Origin: Azolla caroliniana
Lineage: Eukaryota > Plantae > Polypodiophyta
Direction of reading: 5' to 3'
Assembly (NCBI GenBank): GCA_043228905.1
Contig: JBHGNT010000022.1
Span: forward strand, 7,316,001 to 7,380,000
Length of the DNA: 64,000 nt
Positions within the stretch are counted from its first letter, which is position 1. The number at the start of each line of letters is the position of its first letter. Under the pieces are notes generated by a model. The model did no database searches. It had not been told where the DNA came from and worked only from the letters and a program-made list of their open reading frames with translations. Below are positions 37,183 through 48,529 of the stretch, one piece after another. The position numbers and the translations under genes are program-made.

Positions 37183-37921
37183 TTAACACCCACTCACGCA
37201 CACACATGCACACACAGCCCAACCCGACTCACGCCCTTATGTACAGGAAATGCAGAAAAGGGGAAGCACCCGACACCAACAAAAACGCAAATATACACAG
37301 ACAGACGCAAATGTATATATATAAAAGGAAGAATACATTCCCGGCTTCGAGCCGGACCAAGATAGCTTACAACAGTCGTCTGCTGTTAAGCCGCCGTCGG
37401 GGAGCTCTCGGGCCCGTCGCGCCGAGCGAGATCTTGCACAGGAGGCCGAGCCGAAGAAAACCCTAAGTAAAACACGAAGGTGAAGAAGAAGAAGAAGAAG
37501 AAGAAGAAGAAGAAACACTAATCCTAAACTAACGGTATACCCTCTAACGCAAAAATGGGCAACCCCTTCACAAAGGGCGTTCCCTTCCTTTTATAGAACA
37601 AGGAAAGGGATGCGTTACAATGTGGGATCAATCCTGACTTACATGGGATCGTCTGTCCCGACTTGACTACTCTTCAGCGCCATAAAGGCCCCTCGTTATT
37701 CACACTAAATGTACATGGGTGCGTACACATGCTGCACCCCGCCGATGTAGCCAATGTTCCCCGGTTTCCGCCTCTGGCCGAAATTCTTCACGACAACGTG
37801 TCAACCGACTGCTATATTAGTACAAGACGTGCATGCGCGGGAACCAAGAAAAGGTGCCATGCATGGAGAAAGAAAACCTCTGCCACGCAGAGTCCCTTTC
37901 ATTTCGCAAACAGAGAGATCT

Positions 37922-40900
37922 TGTTGGGAGACAGGTCCCTCCGGATGGGAAGGGAGATGAACAGTGCCGATAGGCCGAGGCCAAAACCGGATGGCACAGA
38001 CCCGGATGGTGCAGAACCGGATGGCACAGACCCAGATGGCACAGAACCGGATGAGGAGTACCTGGCTACGGAGAGCCAGATGGTGCAGACCCGGTGAGAA
38101 CCGGATGAGGAGTACCCGGCTACGGAGAGCCGGATGGTGTAGACCCGGTGAAGACCGGATGAGGAGTACCTGGCTACGGAGAGCCGGATGGTGCAAACTC
38201 GATGAGAACCGGATGAGGAGTACCTGGCTACAGAGAGCTGGATGGAGCAGCCCCGGTGAAGACCGGATGAGGAGTACCCGGCTACGGAGAGCCGGATGGT
38301 GCAGACTCGGTGAGGAATGCTCACCGGATGAAGAGACATATTCGTAAATATGTTTCTAAGATTCCATTGAGGCTATATTTGTAAATAGCCGAAAAGTCAT
38401 ATTAGTATAAATATGACTTAGGGAAAACTTATTGGTGTGTGTGTATAGTTGTTGTTGTCATTCTTGTTGGTACAAGGAGTGAGAGAGCGCGTAACTGTGT
38501 ACAGAGAGAGAGAGAGAGAGAGAGAAAAAGGTCGTTGCCTCTGTTGTAACCGCCACCTGTGGCGAAGATCGTGAGCACGAGGTCGTTGCCTCTATGAACT
38601 CACTGTTGTACATTCTAACATAGTGATAGATTGCAGCCTGTGGGTTGCCGTGGTTTTTTACCCTAGTTTGGGGTTTTCCACGTAAACATCCCGCATACTC
38701 TTCTCTTCTTCGTGTCGTGTTTTCTTTCCCGCTTTCTGTGTATGATTCTAAGCTCGGTTGTGGCCGAGCGTTGCGTATAGGGTGCGTTTAGTTCCCGTCA
38801 AGTGGTATCAAAGCGAAACAACACAGAAAATGGACGAATCATTTGGCGGCATGTTGAAGCTCACCGGCTCCAACTATTGGATATGGAAGTCGAAGATGAG
38901 GGACATGCTCGTGGTTAAAGATCTTTGGTTTGCCGGTTCAGTTTGGGGACAAGAGACCGGCCAAGATCGACGCCACAATATGGGAGGTGATGCACATGAA
39001 GCCAACGGCGTACATACGGTGCTTCATCGACATGAGCCTGTACAACAACTTCAATGAAGAGAGCAAGGCTCATGAGCTCTGGGAGAAGATCGGCATTATG
39101 TTTCAAAACAAAAATGTTGTTAATCAGGTTTCGGTATTCCGGAAGCTAGTGAGACTCCGGTACCAAGATGGCTCCAGCATGGCGGAGCACATGAATGCCT
39201 TCCAGGGACTGATACACCAGGCAATGTCATTGGAAGTACCTCTCGCTGACGAGGTACTAGCACTACTCCTGCTCAGTTCCCTCCCGGATAGCATTCCTTC
39301 ACGGCGACCTCGAAGAGAAGATCTACATGCAGCAACCGGAGGGATTCATGGAGAAAGGGAAGGAGCACCTGGTATGCCAGTTGAAGAAGAGCCTCTACGG
39401 GTTGAAGCAGGCCCCCCGGCAATGGTACCGGAAGTTCGACTCCTTCATGACCGATCAAGGGTACCATAAGACGCAGGCCGATCACTGCGTGTTTGTGAAG
39501 AAGTTTGAAGGAGGCGACTTCCTGATACTCTTTCTGTACGTGGACGACATGTTGATCGTCGAATGGGACCAAGTCAAAATACGGATGTTGAAGAAGGCCC
39601 TCAACCGGACCTTCTCAATGAAAGACTTGGGTCCGGCAAGACAGATGCTGGGGATGCATATTATCCGGAACCGGTCAGCGAAGCAATTATGGCTGTCACA
39701 GGAGAAGTACGTGACAAAGGTGCTTCACCGGTTCAACATGTCAGATGCGAAACCGGTTGGATCGACACTCCCGCCAAATTGCAGGTTATCCGGTAAGCAA
39801 AGCCTGAAGACGAAAGCAGAGAAGGCGGATATGATTAAGATTCCATATGCCTCTGCCGTTGGGAGCTTAATGTACGCAATGGTTTGTACCCGACCGGATA
39901 TAGGATACGCAGTCAGAGTGGTGAGCCGGTTCATGAGAAATCCCGGCAAGGAGCACTGGAACGCGGTCAAATGGATACTCCGGTATTTGAAGGGCACTTC
40001 AAATATGTGTCTCTGATTCGGCTCCGGAAAACCTCAACTGGACGGTTTCACTGATTCGGACATGTCGGCTGATGTGGATACCAGCCGGTCTACATCCGGG
40101 TATGTAATGACATATGCAGGGGGAGGTGTTTCGTGGCAGTCGAGGCTGCAGAAGACGGTTGTGTTGTCAACCACAGAGGCAGAGTACATGGCGGCTGTGG
40201 AAGCCGGCAAGGAAATGTTATGGATGAAGGACTTCATCGGAGAGCTCGGTATCCGACAAGATGAATACCGGCTCTATTGCGACAGTCAAAGTGCCATCCA
40301 CCTTGCTAAGAATGCGGCCTACCATTCCTGAACGAAGCATATCCAGCGAAGGTATCACTGGATCCGGGAAAGAGTAGATGACCAAGAGTTCACACTGACG
40401 AAGATCCACACGGCCGAGAACGGGTCAGACATGCTGACCAAAGTGCTGATACCCGACAAGTTGGATGCATGCCGGAAGAGAATCGGACTGGTAAGACACC
40501 CCATGCCGTAGTGAAGGGGGAGTTTGTTGGGAGACAGGTCCCTCCGGATGGGAAGGGAGTAGAACAGTGCCGATGAACAAACTCGGCCGAGGCCGAAACC
40601 GTATGAGGTGGCACAGACCCGGTCAGAACCGGATGAGGAGTACCTGGCTACGGAGAGCCGGATGGTGCAGACCCGGTGAAGACCGGATGAGGAGTACCTG
40701 GCTACGGAGAGCCGGATGGTGCAGACCCGGTGAGAACAAGATGAGGAGTACCCGGTTACGGAGAGCCGGATGGTGCAGACCCGGTGAGAACCGGGTTAGG
40801 AGTACCCGGCTACGGAGAGCCGGATGGTGCAGACCCGGTGAAGACCGGATGAGGAGGACCCGGTTACGGAGAGCCGGATGGTGTAGACCCGGTGAGAACC

Positions 40901-41492
40901 GGATGAGGAGTACCCGTCTACGGAGAGCCGGATGGTGCAGACCCGGTGAAGACCGGATGAGGAGTACCCGGCTACGGAGAGCCGGATGGTGCAGACCCGG
41001 TGAGGAATGCTCACCGGATGAAGAGACATATTCGTAAATATGTTTCTGAGAGTCCATCGAGGCTATATTTGTAAATAGCCGAAAAGTTATATTAGTATAA
41101 ATATGACTTAGGGAAAACTTATTGGTGTGTGTGTATAGTTGTTGTTGTCATTCTTGTTGGTGCAAGGAGTGAGAGAGCGCGTAACTGTGTACAGAGAGAG
41201 AGAGAGAGAGAAAGAGAAAGAGGTCGTTGCCTCTGTTGTAACTGCCGCCTGTGGCAAAGATCGTGAGCACGAGGTCGTTGCCTCTGTGAACTCACTGTTG
41301 TACATTCTAACATAGTGATAGTTTGCAGCCTGTGGGCTGCCGTGGTTTTTTACCCTAGTTTGGGGTTTTCCACGTAAACATCCCACGTACTCTTCTCTTC
41401 TTCGTGTCATGTTTTCTTTCCCGCTTTCTGTGTATGATTCTAAGCTCGGTTGTGGCCGAGCGTTGCGTATAGGGAGCGTTTAGTTCCCGTCA
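37922..41492 (+). mobile_element. Copia family A element with an internal deletion (PR, IN and RT start missing), 5-bp TSD GATCT
   Basis: LTRs 37922-38800 and 40525-41492; PBS TGGTATCAAAGC at 38803-38814; gag (LPDS) fuses to RT (AFLHGDLEE) at ~39292; GATCT at 37917-37921 and 41493-41497. Confidence 0.95.
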
Positions 41493-41497
41493 GATCT

Positions 41498-44400
41498 CAG
41501 CGCACACAGGCGATTACGAGTGATCGGGCGAGAGCAAGCAGAACACACAGGCGCACCAATCTTATCACAACCTACCGACTCCGACGACGACATGGAATGC
41601 ATGGTGCTCTCAGAAGCGGCCAAGAAATGGCTTAAGCAACACAGTTTGGAAGGATTCTTGAGGATAGTCAAAGCACCGTTGCACGGGGATGCGGAAAATG
41701 TCGTCAAAGACATCGACACAGAGGTCATCACCGAGGAGGCCATCCGAGCCTTGACTAGCTTACCGGAAGGGAGAATATACTCGATCGATAACCCTTCACA
41801 AGAGCTGTTGACGAGGTATTTCGGAGAATACTCCCTGGGTAGCAAGGCTTACCGCACGCAAGGTGGTGAAGACCTATTGTTTCGGGAAATTGCTCGGGTA
41901 CTCCACGAGTATGGTCATGTATACCCCCGACCACCGGCTATGCCCAGGAATGGAGCCGGTTTGATCATAGCTACCTACGAGGGAGTACAGGTGGATTGGT
42001 CAGTAATGATCGCCGACGGCCTGAGCGCTGCCATCATCTCAGTAAAAGATGGCAAAAAGATGTGAACAGCAATGGCGCCATGGCTCACTCTATTAGCACT
42101 ACCGGTGGAGCCCAGAAACAAAGGAAGTAGGGAAGACCGACATAATCGACCCCCAAAATAGCTTCAAAACAGCAGCACCTCCTGGCTACCCAGGCGATAG
42201 GCTAGAAGGAGGCCGACACTTCACAAAAGGCGAAGGAGCGGCCTAATCGGAAGCGGCTAGCAGAGAAGGAGGCATCGGTGAACACCCCACCCCAATGAGA
42301 CCTGTGAAAATCAAGCTGCGCCAGACGGGACAACAAGCAAAACAGCAATCAGACAAACCGCAGGGGCAGGACCCCTTGACGGCGTTAATAAATAGCAAGA
42401 CCCTGGAGGAAGAAGAGCAAGAAGAAGAGCCTACCGAGACTTTGATACGGCGTTGACAAACAAGTGACAAGGGCCACAAAGGGGAGAAATCAAACCCGAT
42501 GGAGGACATTATACTGGAACCCCTCCCTGAGGAGCCGCAGCTAGGGAGGGCGTCAGAACTGGGTCAACACAAATCGGTAGTAGAGCAATCGGTGCGGCAG
42601 GACATAGCAGAATCAGCATGCCAGGACACGGCGGTACCGGTAGATCAAGAACCAGTCATTGAATTGCCGGCGTCGCCACCGCAGTAGCAACAGCCAGAAC
42701 CGGAGCGGCCGCTTGACGTAACCGTCCATAGTAGGCTCATGGCCAGGGAAGAAGCCATCCCACAACCAGAACCGGCACGACAACAAGGCACCGGCAGTCA
42801 ATGGCTACAATGGATAGCACAACAAGTGACCGGGGTCGTCTGCCAGTTAGAAGCGGAAGAGAGAGTGCATAAAGACTGGTTGCTAGCCACAACCGAGGAT
42901 TAGAGAAGGCCTGGTCAAGAATCCGGAGCATGGAGGAAGACATAGAGAAGGCCAGAACAGAAATGGCCAAGTTAGTAATAGAAGGTCCACAACAATCGGA
43001 ACCGATGGCTCCAATAACTTTATAGAACAATAAGACCCCGGTGACTGAAGCAAGCCCGGATACTAATAAAACGCCAGCACAAGAGCTCGCCACATTACGG
43101 GAAGACCTGGTAGCACAAGAGGCCTTACAAGCCAGGGAGCGAGAATTGAAAAAAGCGGTGGAGGAGGAACAAAGGAAGATGGCCGACAGCCTCCGCCGAG
43201 CAGAGGAAAGCTTGAGAAAAGTTCATCAAGCATGCGACCGGCTGAAGGAAGAAAAAGAAAGACTCTTGTAGGAAAAGGATAAACTCTAGCGCTTGGCGGA
43301 AGTAGAGATCGAGTGACTCAAGGAAGAACTCCAGCAACAAAAGGATTGAGAGGACCGTGCTTGCCGTCTGATCAACCAACAGCTGAAACAGAAAACAGAG
43401 GACTTTGATCAGCTACACTGGGATCACAAACACTTGGATGCAGAACACAAGAAATTGATCACAAAAAATGACCGGCAGCAAGAGAAGTTACAGGAACTCT
43501 GGGATGAGGTTAACCGGACCGTGGTAGCCTTGGTAGAAGAACAGTCGAAGGGGGCTGAAGTAGCGAAGCAACTGGCGAAAGCGGCGAAAGAATGGGTAGA
43601 GCTGACCTGGTAGCACTCGGAGGCAACGGAGCGCGCTACAATGGCTCTAAACAAAGTTCAAACGACCTATCAAACCCAGCTCATGGACTACAGAAGCCAA
43701 GAAGTGGCAACCGCGAACCTGATCAAACAATTGAAGGACGAAAAACAAGCCACGGAGAACAAGTCGAAGATGGGGCTCGGGCAAATCCGCGACATCGTAC
43801 TGGCATGGAGAGACCGGACGAAAAGACTGGTAGAAGAAAGTTTGGCTCAATGGTGGACTCAATGGGCTAAGCAGGCGGCGGAGTTACAATTGCTACGATC
43901 GGATGCGGAGAACCGGCAAAAGGACGGTGACGATTTCTATAAATTGGACGAGGAAAACATTGTTGCCATAAGGGAGGGATTGTCGGACGACTTCCTATCA
44001 TTAGCCGGGGACCAATTGGCGGCGGTGAGGCACTTGGTGGAGCAACCGGACGATGACCAGTTGGATACACAACTCCAGCTCGAGCGATATGAACGAGAAC
44101 GGCGACGGCACGAGGTGGTCCGAAGAACTGCGGTGATCAACATCAATGATGAAGAGCAGTCTTCGGAGCAGGCACCGAAGGAAGCCGGAATGGGGGAAAG
44201 CCAATCGTATGGAGCTCAGGAGGAGAAGGCAAACATAACTCCGGAGGCGCAGCCGAAGGATGGAAACCGGCACACCGAAAACTAGCAACAAGAGGAGCCG
44301 CTAAAGGAAGGTCATACGCAAGAAGTGGTGCACGCCGGATAGCAGCACCAGGAGACGCCAAGACTAGTAGAGCTAGAAAAGGAGGAAGGGCCAGTAAGAC

Positions 44401-44609
44401 CAACAAAGCCGCAGGAAACTAAAGTCAAGCAGAAGCAGCCACAACTGGAGCCGGAGTAACAACAAGAGCAGCCACATCCGCAGGAACAGCAGAAGTTGGG
44501 GCAACAACAGGTGGAGGAACAACAACAGCAGCAAACTACTGAACAGCTTCCTGAGGAACCATTGGAACCCTTAGATCAAAGCATTCTGGACAGTTTGGAG
44601 GAAGAATGA
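41498..44609 (+). pseudogene. Extra (post-pol) coiled-coil ORF of the host Athila-like element, decayed
   Basis: MVLSEAAKKWL...YFGEYSLGSKAYRTQGG...YEGVQVDW and FYKLDEENIVAIRE, homologous to 48899-51697; many stops. Confidence 0.85.
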
Positions 44610-44662
44610 AGGCCGGATCGTGGGATTCGACGTACAAGGTACTGTCCCACGGACGTGCCATG

Positions 44663-45125
44663 TGTTAGCCGGTCGGCAAGGGAAGTCCAGAATGGGAAAA
44701 GGGGGATGATTAATAACCGGGAGCTGATTGTCTATAATATAGAATTATTATGATTTTGAGAAGCAAACGGACGGACCCAGAATTGGTATGCCGATCCGGA
44801 TCCGAACCAGTTCGTAGCCGGTTTCTTGTTGGCACCAATTTGTACCTAGAGCCGGAGACCTATAAAAGGGGCCGGTTAGATTGTAATCATTAGCGGACAA
44901 TTAATAAGAGTGTTGTTATTCTGTATCTTAATCAAGTTAATTACCATTCTCCGCTAAGTGAAATCTATCTTACACGTGTATTGTGACTAATGATCTTGCC
45001 GATTAGTAACCAATTAGGGTTTCATTAATAGTTCCGTCTAAGTTTATCTCACCGCAACACCCCTTTGGTGAAGTGTCTCAAAGGGACACCCTGTGTTATG
45101 CCATTGTCCGGCCCTACCGATAACA
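44663..45125 (+). repeat. 3' LTR of the host Athila-like element
   Basis: Starts TGTTAGCCGGTC like the related LTR (TGTTGGCCGGTC); ends GATAACA, matching 9838-9843; TATAAAA at ~44861. Confidence 0.75.
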
Positions 45126-46880
45126 CTTTGAAGATGTTTGTGTATGTGATAAACAGGTCTCCCTAAGTTCCCTTAGAAGGTGATATCCCATAGAGGGTGT
45201 GGACGGGGAAGTATGTATCATACCAGTATCTAAGGGTGTTCGACTGCCTAGCATATGTACACATTGCTAAGGACTAGAGAGGAAAGCTAGATCCTAAGAG
45301 CAGGCCATGTATCTATTGGGAATTCGGTCCCTCTAGATGGGATCCGGATGAGAATTGGATGAGCCGAAGGAAAGAACCGGACTGGATGGATCCGGAAGAT
45401 ATCTGGAAACTAGATCGGATGGATCCTGTTGTATCCGGTCATACATTAGTTTATGTGACTGTTTCAGGCCACATTTGTAAATAGCCCGTAAGTTATATGA
45501 GTATAAATATAACTAGGGCAAATAGTGTTCATAAGGTGTTTATCATTATTGTTGTATAGAGTGCCGAGAGAGAGAGATTCAGAAAGTCGTTTCTGTTGTA
45601 ACTGTCGGTAGGTAAAGATAGAGCTCGAGGTCGCTACCTCTGAGTTCCCTATTGTACTCTTCCTCTCTCATAGTGATAGTTGGATTTTGTGGGATCCTGT
45701 GGTTTTCCCCGATTAGGGTTTTGCACGTTAACATCTGGTGTCGTCTCTTCTAACTGCAAGTTGTCCAGGAGCCAATGCTTGAAGACAACAACAGAGAAGG
45801 TTGAGATGAGAAAGGTCTCATATGCCTCAATAGTCAGAAGCTTGATGTACGTGATGGTCTGCACCAAGCCAGACATCGAATATGTTGTTGGAGTCATCAT
45901 TCGGTGGAAGCTTGAAGAAGGCCCTAAGCAAGTCGTTCACGATGAAGGATATGGGCCCGGCAAAGCAAATCCTAGGAATGCACATTGTCTGGGATAGGAC
46001 AAAGAAGTTGTTGTGGCTATCATAGGAGAAATACGTGACAAAGGTGATCCAGAGATTCAACATGGAAAACATGAAGCCGGTCGGCTCAAGATTGCCGACA
46101 AATTGCAAGTTGTCCGGAAGACAATGTCCAAAGAAGAAAACGGAGAAGGCTAAGATGAGCAAGGTCCCATACGCCTCAGCAGTCGGAAGCTTGATGTACG
46201 AGATGGTCTGCACTAGGCCGGACATCAGATATGTTGTCAGAGTCGTCATCTGGTATATGAGCAATCCTGGAAGAGAGAATTGGGTTGTGGTGAAGTGGAT
46301 ACTCCGATACTTGAGAGGCACCTCGAGCATGTGCCTCTAATTCGGCTTAGGTAACCCCATACTCGAAGGTTTCACTAACTCAGACATGTCAGTAAATGTG
46401 GATACCAGTCAGTCCATGCCGAGGTATGTAATGACATATGCAAGGGGAGTTATCTCGTGGCAATCAAGGTTGCAAAAGACTATGGTGTTGTTGACCACAA
46501 AAGCGGAGTACATGGTTGTAGTTGAAGCCGGCAAGAAGATAATTTGGATGAAGGATTTCATCGGTGAGCTGAGGATTTGGCAAGAGCAATTCTGACTCCA
46601 TTGCGACAATCAAAGTGTCATCCACCTTGCAAATAATGACACCTATCACTCGAGAACTAAGCATATCCAAGAGAGATATCACTAGCTAGAGAGAGGGTAG
46701 AAGGAAGGGATTTGGACCTGGTAAAGATTCATACGGATGAAAATGGATTGGACATGCTGACCAAGGTGATGCCAATGGACAAGCTGAAAGCATGCCAACA
46801 ACGGGCAGGTCTGGTAGATCATCCCATTCTGGAGTGAAGGGGGAGTTTGTTGGGAAACAAATCCCTTTAATGGCACGTGT
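45126..46880 (+). mobile_element. Degraded, rearranged Copia remnants (IN end, truncated LTR ~45314-45740, RT/RNase H, PPT and LTR start at 46848)
   Basis: VYVINRSP, KLDPKSRPC, VPYASAVGSLMY, SWQSRLQK, GAAGGGGGAGTT-TGTTGGG. Confidence 0.8.
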
Positions 46881-46899
46881 CAGTTAGAATGGGAGAGTC

Positions 46900-47359
46900 G
46901 GAGAGTCTTCATCGTCCAATTTCATTCGATCCTCATGCCCAAACTATGTTGAGCTTGTCCAAGTTCCTTCATCGCGAATTTGTCATAACGGCTCCGCATT
47001 AGTCTTCCAAATTTTGCTTGATTTCTCCCTGCAACGGCCCCACTTTAGTCTTCTGAATTTTTCTTGATTGCTCCCTGCAATCAACATATCATCGATATGT
47101 AGGATCAGGTTGATCCGAGACTCGTCGGGCAATTGCCAAATGTACATGCATGGCTCAAAATCCGACCAATTGTAGTCGAGCTACTGGATGTTGGTATTGA
47201 ACTTCTGATACCACATTCTCGATGCTTGCTTGAGTCCATATAGGCTCTTCTTCAGCTTGCAAATGAGGTGACTTTGCTCCCCCGTCGTCGTCAAGCCTAT
47301 CGGTTGGGACATATAAATGTCTTCATCTACATCTCTATGAACAAAGGTCGTCTTTACGT
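46900..47359 (-). pseudogene. Copia RT fragment in reverse orientation
   Basis: VKTTF...EDIYMSQP...LKKSLYGLKQASRMWY; LILHIDDML. Confidence 0.8.
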
Positions 47360-47659
47360 TGTCATGATATGGCAAGATTCGAACCCATGACCTTATGTTA
47401 CATGGGTCGAGCCCTTACCATTAGACTATATATTGTAATACAAAGAATGTTAATTTCATTTATTATTTCAATATAGAAAATTGATGTATATTTCCAAATT
47501 TCTCTGGAACATTCTAGAAACTTTAGAAGTACTCCTGAAAACACTAGAAAAGGAGGCACAAGGCCTTATTTCGAACCAAATTGGTTTAACACCAGTCTTA
47601 AGCCTCATAGTTATTCTTGTACTTACTCTTCAAATAATATAATATATCTTTTGTTATCA

Positions 47660-47693
<34 letters not shown>

Positions 47694-48529
47694 TCTCTCG
47701 TGAGTTCTACACCCTTTTCTCTCTCTTAGTACTAATTCGCATCTTTTAGTACTAATTCCCTCTTTGTCTTAGTATTGTTCCTGATAGTTTGAACCCATTT
47801 TCCTCATCCTCTTACCCCTCCTTCCTTTCATACTAATCCTCTTATCCTCCCTAGTAAATTCGCAATTGTTAGCGCTCAGGAATATCAATCCGTTTTCTCG
47901 GAGCTTTAGTGCTTAAAAGAGAAGTTTGTAGCACTAGAACAAGAAAATCATCGTCTGTTGGGGTATCTTCAACAAATAGCTTTAGAAAAACAATAGCAAC
48001 ACGGGGAGCTAACGTTACGTGTACAACAACTTGAAGCGATATTGTATCACTACAACAACAAGGATCAAGTGCTCAAGGGACTCACAAAGTGTTGTCTGTC
48101 TGGCCGGACTAGCCTCAACACAGGTGTCTATCCGACACTTCTCCAAAGGGGTGGTAAGGATTGGATGCTAGGTTACACGCATAAGATGATTACAATTAAG
48201 CACAGACGGTAAACAATACGAGATACAGATAAACACGCAATAATTACTATTGTATTACTTCCGCCCAAAAACTTTACAAATCATCGGATCCTTTTATAGG
48301 CATCCGGCAAGGTTACAATCAGTGCGCTTAGGCAACCGACATCCGAATCGGTCCGGATCCGGATCGGTACAACTGTACCGGATCCGTCCCTCCGAATAAT
48401 AATTCTACTATTATTTACTTCCTATTATCCGATCCGATTCCGCCTTCCCACTTGTCCTTGCTCTTCTGACCGGCCAACACATGGCACGCCCATGGGAAAG
48501 TGCCTTGCACTTCGAATCCACTCCCGGCC

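Larger units (their letters stand above)
32817..37795 (-). mobile_element. Non-autonomous (gag-only) LTR retrotransposon of the Trp-primed Gypsy lineage, 4-bp TSD ACGT/ATGT
   Basis: LTRs 37024-37795 and 32817-33592; PBS-Trp at ~37002-37019; PPT at 33593-33608; gag similarity (VLLFVRSID...GLTEDW versus VLLFVKSVD...GLTTD); no RT or IN motifs seen. Confidence 0.88.
9838..45125 (+). mobile_element. Degenerate Athila-like Ty3/Gypsy host element carrying five nested insertions
   Basis: 5' LTR end ATAACA (9838-9843), PBS TGGCGACCAC (9851-9860), gag 9897-12878, PR-RT-RH 23685-25538, RH-IN 31606-32678, extra ORF ~41498-44609, 3' LTR 44663-45125 (TGTTA...TAACA). Colinear with the element at 48090-58283. 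Confidence 0.88.

Noticed and set aside
35279-37365. Long plus-strand ORFs (e.g. 389 aa at 35574-36743) as antisense genes
   Set aside because: No recognisable motifs; long open frames are expected opposite GC-rich, purine-biased gag-like sequence.
40620-41010. Repeat-protein ORFs (MRSTRLRRAGWCRPGEDR)n or a CRISPR array
   Set aside because: These are by-products of a 54-bp LTR tandem repeat whose length is a multiple of three.
44694-44712. GGGAAAAGGGGGA-TG as the true PPT and LTR start of the host element
   Set aside because: The related intact element places the LTR start at the homologous TGTT(A/G)GCCGGTC by TSD and LTR identity, and TGTTA pairs with the TAACA end. Not fully excluded, because the 5' LTR lies outside the window.
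47365-47432. Functional tRNA gene
   Set aside because: A and B boxes are visible, but I could not build convincing acceptor and anticodon stems; kept only as a tRNA-like module.
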